Source of the DNA: Candidatus Latescibacterota bacterium
GTDB lineage: Bacteria; Latescibacterota; UBA2968; UBA8231
Assembly (NCBI GenBank): GCA_965203175.1
Contig: OZ241867.1
Location: 5,184,001 to 5,248,000, forward strand
DNA: 64,000 nucleotides
Direction of reading: 5' to 3'
Positions 19,047-28,255 of the stretch are shown in pieces; position 1 is the first letter of the stretch, and each line of letters begins with the position of its first letter. The notes under the pieces are model-generated. The model did no database searches, was not told the DNA's origin, and worked only from the letters and a program-made list of their open reading frames with translations. A program made the translations under genes and the position numbers.

Positions 19047-20735
19047 ATGTCCGAAACTCCCGAATACCGCACCCACTCCAACGCCCCCTTCGCGCTAGAC
19101 CGTCCCCTTGACAAGGTGCTGACAGTCGCCGCTTGGGTCGAAAGCCCCTCCACCCGCGCCGAAGCCATGCAGCCGCTCGTCTCGCAATGGCAACCCCGCG
19201 CCGCACTCGACGCCTTCTCCGCCTATGACGCTGGCCACACCGACGGCTTGGTGACCCAAGGCTACTTCGGCTCGGTATTCGACGGGCGCTACACATACTT
19301 CTGCCCCATCCGCGACCAGAATGAGCGCACTTCCGTCCACGGCCGCGTCCTCCGCCTCGACACCCAAGCCGACTTCAAAAACCCAGCCGCTTGGACCGCC
19401 TACGACGCCAGCTACACCGACGGCCTGCACACCTCGGGCTTCTACGGCGGGGCCTTTGACGGACGCTACGTGTACTTCAATCCCCGCGACGACGGCACCG
19501 TCCACCACTCGCGGCTCTTGCGCTACGACACTCAAGCCGACTTCAAAAACCCGGACGCTTGGGCCGCCCACGACGCCCAGTTACCTCACTCGGGACAGGG
19601 CCTCGCCTTTGACGGACAGTACCTCTACTTCTGCCCAGGCTATACCCGGTCGTCAACGGGCGGTTTGGACGACGAGCACAGCGGCCACGTCCTCCGCTAT
19701 GACACGCGCGCGCCCCTGAAAGATCCCGCGAGCTACGCCGTCTTCAACGCCCAACAACTCCACCCGGAGGCAGCCTGTTTCGACGGTGCCGCGTTCGACG
19801 GACGCCATATCTACTTCGCGCCGCTCAGCAACGGCCACGTCCTCCGCTACGCAGTCGCCGGGGATTTCGCTGACCCGCAAAGCTGGGATCTATACGACGC
19901 CCGTCCCTTGGGGATGCAGATGAACGTCGGTGCTGTGTTCGACGGGCGGCACATCTATTTTTGCTCTTACGGCAACAGCACAATGCTGCGCTACGACACA
20001 GCCGCGCCGTTTGACGACCCGCAAAGCTGGGACACCTACGTTCCCGTGGAAAACAGCGGCTTCGACGGCGGCTTCTTCGACGGGCGCTACGTGTACTACG
20101 TGCCCTTCACCCGCGCTGCCGCACCCGGCGAGAGCGTCTTCCACGGCTCTTGGCTGCGCTACGACACGGCCGCGCCGTTCGACGACCCAGTCGCTTGGGA
20201 CACGCACGACGCCAGCTATACCGACGGCCTGCACACCACTGCGTACAACGCTGGCGCATTCGACGGACGCTATTTCTACACCGCTCCCTGGCGCGGCGAC
20301 CGCGACGGCAGCCACGCCCACGGCCGCGTACAACGCTACGACACTCTCGGCGCAGACGGCGCGTTCTCCCTGCGCTACGGCGACGTGGGCCACAACGGCG
20401 GACTTTGCGCGGCCGTGCCCGGCCCCAGTTTCATCGTCAACACCACCGGCGGCGCGGTCAGCATTGCCACTCATCAAACCCTAGCACCCGGCATCCATCA
20501 CCTCGCTGGGGTGTACGACGGCGCTCACATCCAACTCTACATCGACGGCGCGCTCGCGGCCTCGCGCTCCGCTTGCAATCGTCCCTTGCAACAGACAGAC
20601 ATCCCCGTGACCATCGGCCATATCGCCGGGGGCAGCGCCCGCTTCCAAGGCACCATCGCCGAGGTGTATTTATCCCCTGTCGCCCAAAGCGCCGCTTGGG
20701 TCGCAGCAACCTACCGCGCGGGCGCGCCAACCTAA
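19047..20735 (+). CDS. FDGRY-repeat (7x) beta-propeller protein with split LamG-like jellyroll
   Basis: Seven FDG(R/Q)(Y/H)xY repeats, each followed by LRYDT..F.DP..W. LamG motifs LTVAAWV (N-terminal) and HHLAGVYDG..IQLYIDG...FQGTIAEV (C-terminal). Confidence 0.7.
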   Translation: MSETPEYRTHSNAPFALDRPLDKVLTVAAWVESPSTRAEAMQPLVSQWQPRAALDAFSAYDAGHTDGLVTQGYFGSVFDGRYTYFCPIRDQNERTSVHGRVLRLDTQADFKNPAAWTAYDASYTDGLHTSGFYGGAFDGRYVYFNPRDDGTVHHSRLLRYDTQADFKNPDAWAAHDAQLPHSGQGLAFDGQYLYFCPGYTRSSTGGLDDEHSGHVLRYDTRAPLKDPASYAVFNAQQLHPEAACFDGAAFDGRHIYFAPLSNGHVLRYAVAGDFADPQSWDLYDARPLGMQMNVGAVFDGRHIYFCSYGNSTMLRYDTAAPFDDPQSWDTYVPVENSGFDGGFFDGRYVYYVPFTRAAAPGESVFHGSWLRYDTAAPFDDPVAWDTHDASYTDGLHTTAYNAGAFDGRYFYTAPWRGDRDGSHAHGRVQRYDTLGADGAFSLRYGDVGHNGGLCAAVPGPSFIVNTTGGAVSIATHQTLAPGIHHLAGVYDGAHIQLYIDGALAASRSACNRPLQQTDIPVTIGHIAGGSARFQGTIAEVYLSPVAQSAAWVAATYRAGAPT

Positions 20736-20747
20736 AGGAGCTTCTCC

Positions 20748-21830
20748 ATGGACGAAAAATACACAGTCGCCATCATCGGCTGCGGTCGCCTCGGCCAGCA
20801 CTATGCCGAAGTCTATCAAACCCTGCCTAACACCGAGCTAGTCGCCATCGCCGAATACAACCCCGAGCGCCGCCAAGCCGTCGGCAAGCGCTTTGGCATC
20901 CGCGCACTCTATGAGGACGCGCAAGATCTCTTCCAGCACGTCGTCCCCGACATTGCCGTAGTCGTGCTGCCCGGCAAGTTCATCAAGGAAGCCGTCATTG
21001 CCGCCGCTCAAGCTGGCGTCAAGGGCGTCTCCACTGACAAACCCATTGAGGCCCGCCTATCGGATGTCGATGCCATGGTCGAGGAATGCGAAGCGCGCGG
21101 CGTGGTCTTTGCCGGCGGCAACCTGCAACGGGCCATGAGCGAGGTGCAAGAAGCAGCTAACTGGCTGCGCGCCGGCGAGTACGGCCCTTTGCGCGGGGCC
21201 AGCGTCCACGGCTGGGGCGGCGAAATTTCCGGCGGAGGCTGCCAGCACATCGCCGTGCTGCGGCTCTTTACCCAAGCCGAGGTGACCCAAGTCACCGCCT
21301 GGGGCAAGCCGCCAGAAGCCCTCGCGCGCGACGACGACGAGGGATTAATCATCAACGGACAATTTTTGCTCAGTAACGGCCTCTCCTGCCCGGTCTTTGG
21401 CCAACCGACGCCCAGCCGCGGCGTGAATGTGTGGACCGACGACGCGCTCGTGCTTTGGGACTGGGGACCTCCCGAGATTTTCCAAGGCCGCGACGCGCAG
21501 GGTGCCCGCATAAAAATCGACCGCCCCTACACCCCACTCGAATACCCCCGTTTCTCCTACATGGGCACTTCAGTGCTGTCATTTTTGGATGTATTAGAAA
21601 ACGGCGGCGAGTTGTATATCTCCGGCCACGACCTGCGCCAATCGCTCGAAGTGGCCATCGCCGCCAAGTACTCGGCGCTGTGGGGCAACGTGCCGCTCGA
21701 CCTGCCGCTCGCCGACCGCTCGCTCGCGCTCTATCCAAGGGCCTACCGCTGGCTCGGCGGCGACCACTCCGGACGTTCGCAAACCTACGAGGAGGCGCTA
21801 GAAGGGACGCTTTTCCCTCGGTCTTCCTAG
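20748..21830 (+). CDS. Gfo/Idh/MocA family oxidoreductase
   Basis: VAIIGCGRLG, ELVAIAE, TDKP. AAGGAG RBS. Confidence 0.85.
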   Translation: MDEKYTVAIIGCGRLGQHYAEVYQTLPNTELVAIAEYNPERRQAVGKRFGIRALYEDAQDLFQHVVPDIAVVVLPGKFIKEAVIAAAQAGVKGVSTDKPIEARLSDVDAMVEECEARGVVFAGGNLQRAMSEVQEAANWLRAGEYGPLRGASVHGWGGEISGGGCQHIAVLRLFTQAEVTQVTAWGKPPEALARDDDEGLIINGQFLLSNGLSCPVFGQPTPSRGVNVWTDDALVLWDWGPPEIFQGRDAQGARIKIDRPYTPLEYPRFSYMGTSVLSFLDVLENGGELYISGHDLRQSLEVAIAAKYSALWGNVPLDLPLADRSLALYPRAYRWLGGDHSGRSQTYEEALEGTLFPRSS

Positions 21831-21892
21831 GCTAGCGTAAGGGCCGGCAGCGCCACCGCTCAGTATTACCTTAAGTAGGAGTAGAATCATCA

Positions 21893-23068
21893 GTGAATGA
21901 TTATGCCGATTTCAGCCCCAAAGAATACCAACAGCGGCTGAGCAAGCTCAGGGTGTTAATGGCGGATCGCGGTATCGACGCTGTGCTGGTCACCACCGAG
22001 GCCAATCACCGCTACTTTACGGGCCATGTGACCCACCGCTGGATGCACCAGTACACGGCCATGTTCGCCCTGCTACCGCTGGAGGGCGAACCGCTGCTTA
22101 TTGTGCCTCCGCAAGAAGCCTGTATGTGCGAGGAAGATTCTTGGATGAAAAGCATCCGAACCTTCCCATTAGAACATATTCTCCAGGGTGTCGATGCCAT
22201 TACCGACGCCGTGCGCGAACTCGGGCTGGAAAAAGGCCGCATTGGCACCGAACTCGGCGGGATAGTCTCGCTCAGGATGCCTTGCGAAGATTTCGACCAG
22301 TTGCGGCAAAACTTGCCCAATGTTGATTTTGTCGATGCGTCCGACCTATGTTGGAAGTTGCGCGCCCGGAAATCGAGCGCCGAAGTGGAGCGCATCCGCG
22401 AGGCAGTGGCCATCACTGATGCAGCGTATCAGGTCCTCTTCGAGGAAGTCAAACCGGGGATGAGCGAGCGGGAGCTTTGTCGCCTGCTCGCGGTCGAACA
22501 CCTCAGGCGCGGTGCCGAAATGCCGGGCTCCATCACCCTCGCTCCATATATACCCGACGACATCCGGGTCGCCAATAGCACCCTGCGGCGACCTATTGAT
22601 CGCGTGCTGACCGCGGGCGAAATGATCACCCAAGACGCCGGCGGCGTCTATCGGGGCTACTGGTCAGACTATACGCGGATGTTTGCGCTCGGGCGGGCTA
22701 GTGCTGCGCACCAAGACGCCTATCGCGTCGTCTACGATTGTTTGCAGGCGGCGATAGAGGCCACCCGGCCCGGTGTCCCTATCGCCGATCTGGTCCACGC
22801 CGCGAAGGCGACGATGAGTGCCTCGGGCCATGCCGACTATGCCGCAAAGGTTAAGGGCATCGGCCATGCGATGGGGCTGGAGATTATCGAACCGCCCTTT
22901 ATCGCCTTTGAAAACGAGGTGATTTTAGCAGAGGGGATGGTCTTCACCATCGAACCCGGACTCTTCACCGCTGACGCTTTCTGTATGCTCGAAGAAGACG
23001 TGCTCGTCACTGATCGCGGCTACGAGGTGCTATCCAAGCCCGCAAGCGCTGAGTTGCCGGTCCTTTGA
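21893..23068 (+). CDS. Xaa-Pro peptidase (M24B) family protein
   Basis: Creatinase-like N-terminus, DAGG..RGYWSDYTR, GHAMGL, TIEPG, EEDVLVT. Confidence 0.9.
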   Translation: MNDYADFSPKEYQQRLSKLRVLMADRGIDAVLVTTEANHRYFTGHVTHRWMHQYTAMFALLPLEGEPLLIVPPQEACMCEEDSWMKSIRTFPLEHILQGVDAITDAVRELGLEKGRIGTELGGIVSLRMPCEDFDQLRQNLPNVDFVDASDLCWKLRARKSSAEVERIREAVAITDAAYQVLFEEVKPGMSERELCRLLAVEHLRRGAEMPGSITLAPYIPDDIRVANSTLRRPIDRVLTAGEMITQDAGGVYRGYWSDYTRMFALGRASAAHQDAYRVVYDCLQAAIEATRPGVPIADLVHAAKATMSASGHADYAAKVKGIGHAMGLEIIEPPFIAFENEVILAEGMVFTIEPGLFTADAFCMLEEDVLVTDRGYEVLSKPASAELPVL

Positions 23069-23120
23069 GACCATGTACCTCGCCTCGTTAGGTATGGTCT
23101 CATGCGCGGCGGTTGGATAA

Positions 23121-24557
23121 TTAGGGCAACGCCACCTCGTCGCCGGTCTGTTCCTGCCAAGCGCGAATCCGCTCACGCAGTTCGCCGACCCGCGCTTGGT
23201 GCTCGCGACGGTGATATAGATTCTCCAACTCGTGCGGATCCGCATTCAAATCGTATAGCTCGCCCTGGCCCTTGCCGTACAGATTGAGTTTCCAGCCATC
23301 AGCCGCGACAATGGTGCGTAGGGGATGCACCAAGCTGCGATTCGGTTCAGCTTCGCCGATCGAGGTCGGCGGATGACCATCGGCACCGCTCCACTCGATA
23401 AACACATCGTTGGTCGCCAAGTCGTCGCGACCGCACAGCACCGGCACCCTGCTCTGCCCCTGCAAATGGTCCGGCGCTTCCAACCCCAGCAAGTCCAGCA
23501 GCGTGGGCACTATGTCAATGTGGCTGAACTGACCGCCGATTCTCCTTGGCTCCGCATCCAACATGGGGGCGCGCAACAGCAGCGGCACCTTAATCGACTC
23601 CTCGTACATCAGGGTCTTGCCCAAAATCCCGTGATCGCCCATGAGTTCGCCGTGATCCGACGTGAAAATCACAATGGTATCATCGGCCTTGCCGCTCTCG
23701 TCTAGAGCCTGGAGGATCTTGGCCACCGAGCGATCCACCAGCGTCACATTGCCCCAATAGCGGGCCATTAGCCCGCGCCAGCCAGCCTCGGTCTGCAGGT
23801 CCAACCCGTAGTTTTCCGAAGCCGAGTAAAAGGCCGCCATCAGCCGCACGATCAAGGGCGCGTCGTCCGGCGGAGACTGCCTAAAGCTCGGCCTAGTCGG
23901 CAGAGTCTCCGGGTCGTAGTACTCGTTGAGCGGCCCAGTGTGCGGCGGATGCGGCTCCAGATAGCTAACGCACAGCGCGAACGGCGCGTCGCCGCTCTGG
24001 CGGATGTACTCAGCAGCCTGATCGCCCAAAAACGCCGCCTTGGTGTATTCCTCTGGCATGGACGCCTCAGCGTGGCGCGAGAACACGCGCTGGCCGAGAT
24101 TCTCCGCATCGGGTGCAAACCCCCGCTCGACCAAGAAGTGGTGATACGGGCTGAGCACGTCCAAGCGCTCCGGCGCGGAATAGCCACGCCGATACGAGTC
24201 TTCGCTGCCAACCCACGTCGCAAACCCGTGCTGGGGAAAAATCTCATCCCCCAAGTGCCATTTACCCATAAAAGCCGTCTGGTATTCCGGCGGCAGCAGC
24301 TCGGCAAACGTCGGCACCTCGGCGCGCAGCGGCACATTGCACGCGGGCACGCCAGCGGTATGCGGCCACAGTCCAGTCAGCATGGTCGCCCGCGCCGGAC
24401 TGCACACCGGCTGGCTCACATAGGCGTTTTCAAAGACAAAGCCATCGGCGGCCAACCCGTCGAGAGCCGGAGTCTCGATCTGCTCGTTGCCATAGCAGCG
24501 CAGCGTATCCACGCGCTGCTGATCAGTGAAGATGTAAAGTACGTTGGGATGTCCCAT
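23121..24557 (-). CDS. sulfatase (Cys-type)
   Basis: PNVLYIFTDQQR, CSPARATMLTG, GKWHLG, TSDHGE, YEESIKVPL, ELYDL..DP.E. Confidence 0.93.
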   Translation of the reverse strand: MGHPNVLYIFTDQQRVDTLRCYGNEQIETPALDGLAADGFVFENAYVSQPVCSPARATMLTGLWPHTAGVPACNVPLRAEVPTFAELLPPEYQTAFMGKWHLGDEIFPQHGFATWVGSEDSYRRGYSAPERLDVLSPYHHFLVERGFAPDAENLGQRVFSRHAEASMPEEYTKAAFLGDQAAEYIRQSGDAPFALCVSYLEPHPPHTGPLNEYYDPETLPTRPSFRQSPPDDAPLIVRLMAAFYSASENYGLDLQTEAGWRGLMARYWGNVTLVDRSVAKILQALDESGKADDTIVIFTSDHGELMGDHGILGKTLMYEESIKVPLLLRAPMLDAEPRRIGGQFSHIDIVPTLLDLLGLEAPDHLQGQSRVPVLCGRDDLATNDVFIEWSGADGHPPTSIGEAEPNRSLVHPLRTIVAADGWKLNLYGKGQGELYDLNADPHELENLYHRREHQARVGELRERIRAWQEQTGDEVALP

Positions 24558-24565
24558 AAAACCCC

Positions 24566-25624
24566 CTATCCCGGCTGATCCCCACGCCGATTCGCCTGCG
24601 CGCGCGGCGTCAGGTCAAAATAGGTCTGGTGGCCCGCGAAAAAGCGCTCTAATTCATCGACCATGAGGCGGAAAAAATGCGGGTATTCGTCGCCCACGCG
24701 CCCAGAAAAGTGCGGGGTCAAAAACACATTGGGCAGGTCGATAATCTCGCTGTCATCCGGGATCGGCTCCGGGTCGAAGACATCAAAGCCCCCAGCAATA
24801 TCGCCGCGCTTGAGGCGCTCGATCAGGGCTGCAGAGTCAAAGATCGGCCCGCGCGACACGTTGACCAAAACCGCTCCCGACGGAATGAGTTCCAACTCGC
24901 GCTGGCCAATCATGCCTTCGGTCTGCGGCGTCAGCGGCGCGACGCAGACGATCGCATCGCACTGCGACATCACATTGTCCAGCGACGTTAGCAAAAAGCC
25001 CAACGCCTCGGACAACTCCTGCGGCAAGTACGGATCGTGCACCCACAGCTCGACCTCAAAGGGCCGCAACAGTTTCATCAGCCGCCGCCCCATGTGGCCA
25101 CCGCCGATCAACCCCACCCGCTTGCCCGTGAGCATCCCGGCCATCGGCTGCATGGTGGATCGCTCCTGAGTATTCCTATCGAGGATGCGGCGGAAGAGCG
25201 CACCGGCATTGCGCATGGCAATCAGCGTCAGCGCCAAGGCCCACTCGGCCACCGGATAGGATGAGCCATTGGTCGTATCCACAGTGCGGATGCCCCGCGC
25301 CCACGCCTCATCCAAGTCAATGCGCGTAGCAAAGCGGTCGCCTTCCAGTTCGCCAATGAAGCGCAGCCGGGGAGCGGCTTCCAAGACTGCTGCATTAACC
25401 CTCGGCGCGCCGTGGCAGACGACGAGCGCATCTACTCCAGCCAATTCCTTTGCCAACTGCGCAATGGCCTCGGCGTCTTCGCTGGCCTGGTAAATGTTGC
25501 CGCCCTCGCAGGCAAACCACGCCCAATCGGCAACCTGCTCTAGGCGCGTCAACTCCTCTGGCGGCAGGTAGCCATGGCGCACCCGCTCGCTACAGGCGAT
25601 GAGTACTTGCGGACGATTTCCCAT
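24566..25624 (-). CDS. D-isomer-specific 2-hydroxyacid dehydrogenase family protein
   Basis: VAEWALAL, VGLIGGGHMG, PLTPQTEGMI, VNVSRG, DVFDPEP, LTPH. Confidence 0.9.
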   Translation of the reverse strand: MGNRPQVLIACSERVRHGYLPPEELTRLEQVADWAWFACEGGNIYQASEDAEAIAQLAKELAGVDALVVCHGAPRVNAAVLEAAPRLRFIGELEGDRFATRIDLDEAWARGIRTVDTTNGSSYPVAEWALALTLIAMRNAGALFRRILDRNTQERSTMQPMAGMLTGKRVGLIGGGHMGRRLMKLLRPFEVELWVHDPYLPQELSEALGFLLTSLDNVMSQCDAIVCVAPLTPQTEGMIGQRELELIPSGAVLVNVSRGPIFDSAALIERLKRGDIAGGFDVFDPEPIPDDSEIIDLPNVFLTPHFSGRVGDEYPHFFRLMVDELERFFAGHQTYFDLTPRAQANRRGDQPG

Positions 25625-25702
25625 TCATTTCTCCTTTGGTGAATTCGCAAAGCACAAAGCTAAATAGCATATTTACGCCCGCCCCACAACACTGGAGATT
25701 CC

Positions 25703-26479
25703 ATGCTCGCCCTCGAACCTGTTTCCCCAGACACCATCGACCGCGCCGCTGCCCTCTTTCACCGCGACGGTTTTGCCGTAGTCACCGACGCCCTGACTGA
25801 CGAACAATTCGCCTATCTCACGGAAGGCGCACACCGCGTCGTGGCCGAGCAGACCGCCGCCATCCCGCTGGAGGAAGCCAACCGGGGCTTTGCGCGCTAC
25901 TCCTTTGGCTCGCAGATCCACCATCCCGAATGGGCCATGCTCGTGGACTTGCCGACCATTTTGCCCATCGTCGAAGCCATCTTTGCCAGCGACCAGTTTA
26001 CGTGCAGCGGTGCCGGGGGCGATTATTCCCTGCCCGGCGCAAAAATCCAACCTCTGCACCGCGACATGTCCGATGTGATTGGCGACCCCGAGCAGCGCGT
26101 CACCATCATGGACCTACCCACGCCCTTTGTCGTGGTCAACTTTCCCATGATCGATTTTAGCGCGGAAAACGGAGCCACGCGCTTTATCCGAGGCACCCAC
26201 CGCTCGCGCCATCCCATCCCCAGCCTCGCAGACGAACCCACCTATATGCAGCACTCTATCGCCTGTGCGCCGGCCCGCTCGGCCCTCATCCGGGACGTGC
26301 GCTGCTGGCACGGCGGCACACCCAACACTTCCGCAGACGTGCGGATTATGACAAGCGTTGGCTATTACGCGCCCTGGTTTCACCGGCCCCAAGGAGATGG
26401 GGAAATGCCTCGCGCCTTGTACGATGATCTTTCAGAGCGCGGAAAGGTGCTGTGCCGTTATATAGTCGCGTTGGATTAG
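25703..26479 (+). CDS. phytanoyl-CoA dioxygenase (PhyH) family Fe(II)/2OG oxygenase
   Basis: FHRDGF, QPLHRD (HxD), NGAT..IRGTH, WHGG.PN. Confidence 0.88.
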   Translation: MLALEPVSPDTIDRAAALFHRDGFAVVTDALTDEQFAYLTEGAHRVVAEQTAAIPLEEANRGFARYSFGSQIHHPEWAMLVDLPTILPIVEAIFASDQFTCSGAGGDYSLPGAKIQPLHRDMSDVIGDPEQRVTIMDLPTPFVVVNFPMIDFSAENGATRFIRGTHRSRHPIPSLADEPTYMQHSIACAPARSALIRDVRCWHGGTPNTSADVRIMTSVGYYAPWFHRPQGDGEMPRALYDDLSERGKVLCRYIVALD

Positions 26480-26507
26480 CCGTCAGAAGCGTCGTCTAGC
26501 CAGCAAC

Positions 26508-28139
26508 CTAAAAGAAATACCAGTATACCGCGACGTACACCACCAACAATCCCACCGCTCCCAGCCAATAGACCCGATCCTGTTTCCGGGTCGGCATCAA
26601 CGTCTCGTCGCCTCGCTCCAAGAGCACCGGCCCCTCATCGCCAAACGCAAAGCTAAAGCCAAAAAGCAGCACACTCGCCACGGCAAAAATGACGAAGGCC
26701 GCGTGCAGGAAGTGCATTTCCAAGAAGGCTAACCCCAAGCCCTCTTCGCCACAGACCAGCCGGTTGAGCACTGCCGAGTCGTTGACCAGCCACAGGAAGA
26801 CGCCAAAGATGGAACCAGCGATCAGGGTCGCAAAAGCCCCTTTGCGCGTGGGCCGCTTCGACACCATGCCCCACAGGAAACACGCCACAATAGTACCTGG
26901 TATGTAGGAGGAAAACTTGGCCAGATATTCATAGAGAAAGCGGAACTGCGGAATGACCACAATCGCCCAGAACACGCCGATGACAACTACAGCCGCGGCC
27001 AATATGCGCCCCGCCCATACCAAGCGCCGCTGAGTCGCCGCAGGCCGATGGGGCTGGTACCAATCCATGGCAAACAGGCCCGAAGCCGCGCAGATTTCCG
27101 AGTCTAGCGAACTCATTAGCGCCGCGATCAACCCCGCCAAGACCAAGCCCACCAAGCCGACCGGCAGCAGGGCTTGCACCATCGCTGGATATAGCTGATC
27201 CGGGCTAGCGACCTCGATCAGCGGCTGCGCCCCTTGTGCCATGACGTAGCCCATCAGCCCGGGAATCAGAATGATAAAGACCGCCACTATTTTCAATAGA
27301 CCAGCCAGCAGTCCACCCATCCGCGCCTCGTGGACGCTGCGGGCGGCCAAGGCGCGCTGCACCATGACGTGGCTGGTCGCACCAAAGGCCAAGGCATGTA
27401 TCGTCAGCCCCAGCACCACGCCGGTCCAGGGTACATTGGGATGGTCGAGTGGCTGTATCAGCGCCAGCATGTCCCAGTTATCCGCGCCTTGTAGCTCCTG
27501 TATCCGCGTCTCAAAGACGCCCCAGCCTCCTAGATAGCTCAAGCCCATCCAGAGCATGGCCACACCCCCAACAACCAGCAGCAAGCACTGGATAAAATCC
27601 GTCAAAATGACAGTGCGCAAACCGCCCGCCATGGCGTACGGGCCAGCCGCCAACGCCAAGATCAGCACCCCCGGCACAATCGACTCAAACCCGAACAGCA
27701 CCTCCATCACCCGCCCGCCGGCGTACAGAGAGCCGGGAATGCCAGCAAAGGTAATACTCACCAAGGTGATCAAAGAAAAGAAGCGGCGGCTCTCCGGCCC
27801 GTAGCGCCGCTCCAAAAACTCCGGCGTGGTGTAGAGGCCCAGCCGCATGTATATGGGTAGGAAAACCGCTCCCATCGCCACGAAGGCCAATACCCCGGCT
27901 AGCTGGTAATTGGCAACCGCCAAGCCGACGACAAAGACCAAACCCGCTTGGCCGACGAACTGCTCGGCGGAAATGTTGGTGGCAAACATGGATGCGCCGA
28001 CAAAGGGCCAGCGCATACTGCGTCCAGCGAGGAAGAAGTCGCTCGTGCCGCGGACGCGGCGGCTAGTCACGACCGCTATGGCGACGACCACGAGCAGGTA
28101 GGCTACAATGATCGCACTATCGAGCGCGGAAATGTTCAT
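26508..28139 (-). CDS. sodium:solute symporter (SSS, SGLT-like)
   Basis: DFFLAGRSM.W, SMFATNIS, TPEFLERRY, VQRALAA, LIAALMSSLDS, multiple TM helices. Confidence 0.93.
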   Translation of the reverse strand: MNISALDSAIIVAYLLVVVAIAVVTSRRVRGTSDFFLAGRSMRWPFVGASMFATNISAEQFVGQAGLVFVVGLAVANYQLAGVLAFVAMGAVFLPIYMRLGLYTTPEFLERRYGPESRRFFSLITLVSITFAGIPGSLYAGGRVMEVLFGFESIVPGVLILALAAGPYAMAGGLRTVILTDFIQCLLLVVGGVAMLWMGLSYLGGWGVFETRIQELQGADNWDMLALIQPLDHPNVPWTGVVLGLTIHALAFGATSHVMVQRALAARSVHEARMGGLLAGLLKIVAVFIILIPGLMGYVMAQGAQPLIEVASPDQLYPAMVQALLPVGLVGLVLAGLIAALMSSLDSEICAASGLFAMDWYQPHRPAATQRRLVWAGRILAAAVVVIGVFWAIVVIPQFRFLYEYLAKFSSYIPGTIVACFLWGMVSKRPTRKGAFATLIAGSIFGVFLWLVNDSAVLNRLVCGEEGLGLAFLEMHFLHAAFVIFAVASVLLFGFSFAFGDEGPVLLERGDETLMPTRKQDRVYWLGAVGLLVVYVAVYWYFF

Positions 28140-28191
28140 TAGAACTCACCACAGCCTTTACAGCGAGTCCTAAAGGGATGCCAAACAGCAA

Positions 28192-28223
28192 AGCGGTGTC
28201 GGCATGTTCTTTCCGACACCGCT
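28192..28223 (-). terminator. probable Rho-independent terminator/hairpin
   Basis: Perfect 11-bp inverted repeat AGCGGTGTCGG/CCGACACCGCT just downstream of the 28256 stop. Weak T tail on the minus strand. Confidence 0.6.
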
Positions 28224-28255
28224 CGCGTTAACAGATTACTGTTTTCTTTCACACT

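Noticed and set aside
19200-20350. Diversity-generating retroelement TR/VR pair among the near-identical DNA repeats
   Set aside because: Both copies are in-frame propeller blades, the differences are not evidently adenine-specific, and no reverse transcriptase is in the window.
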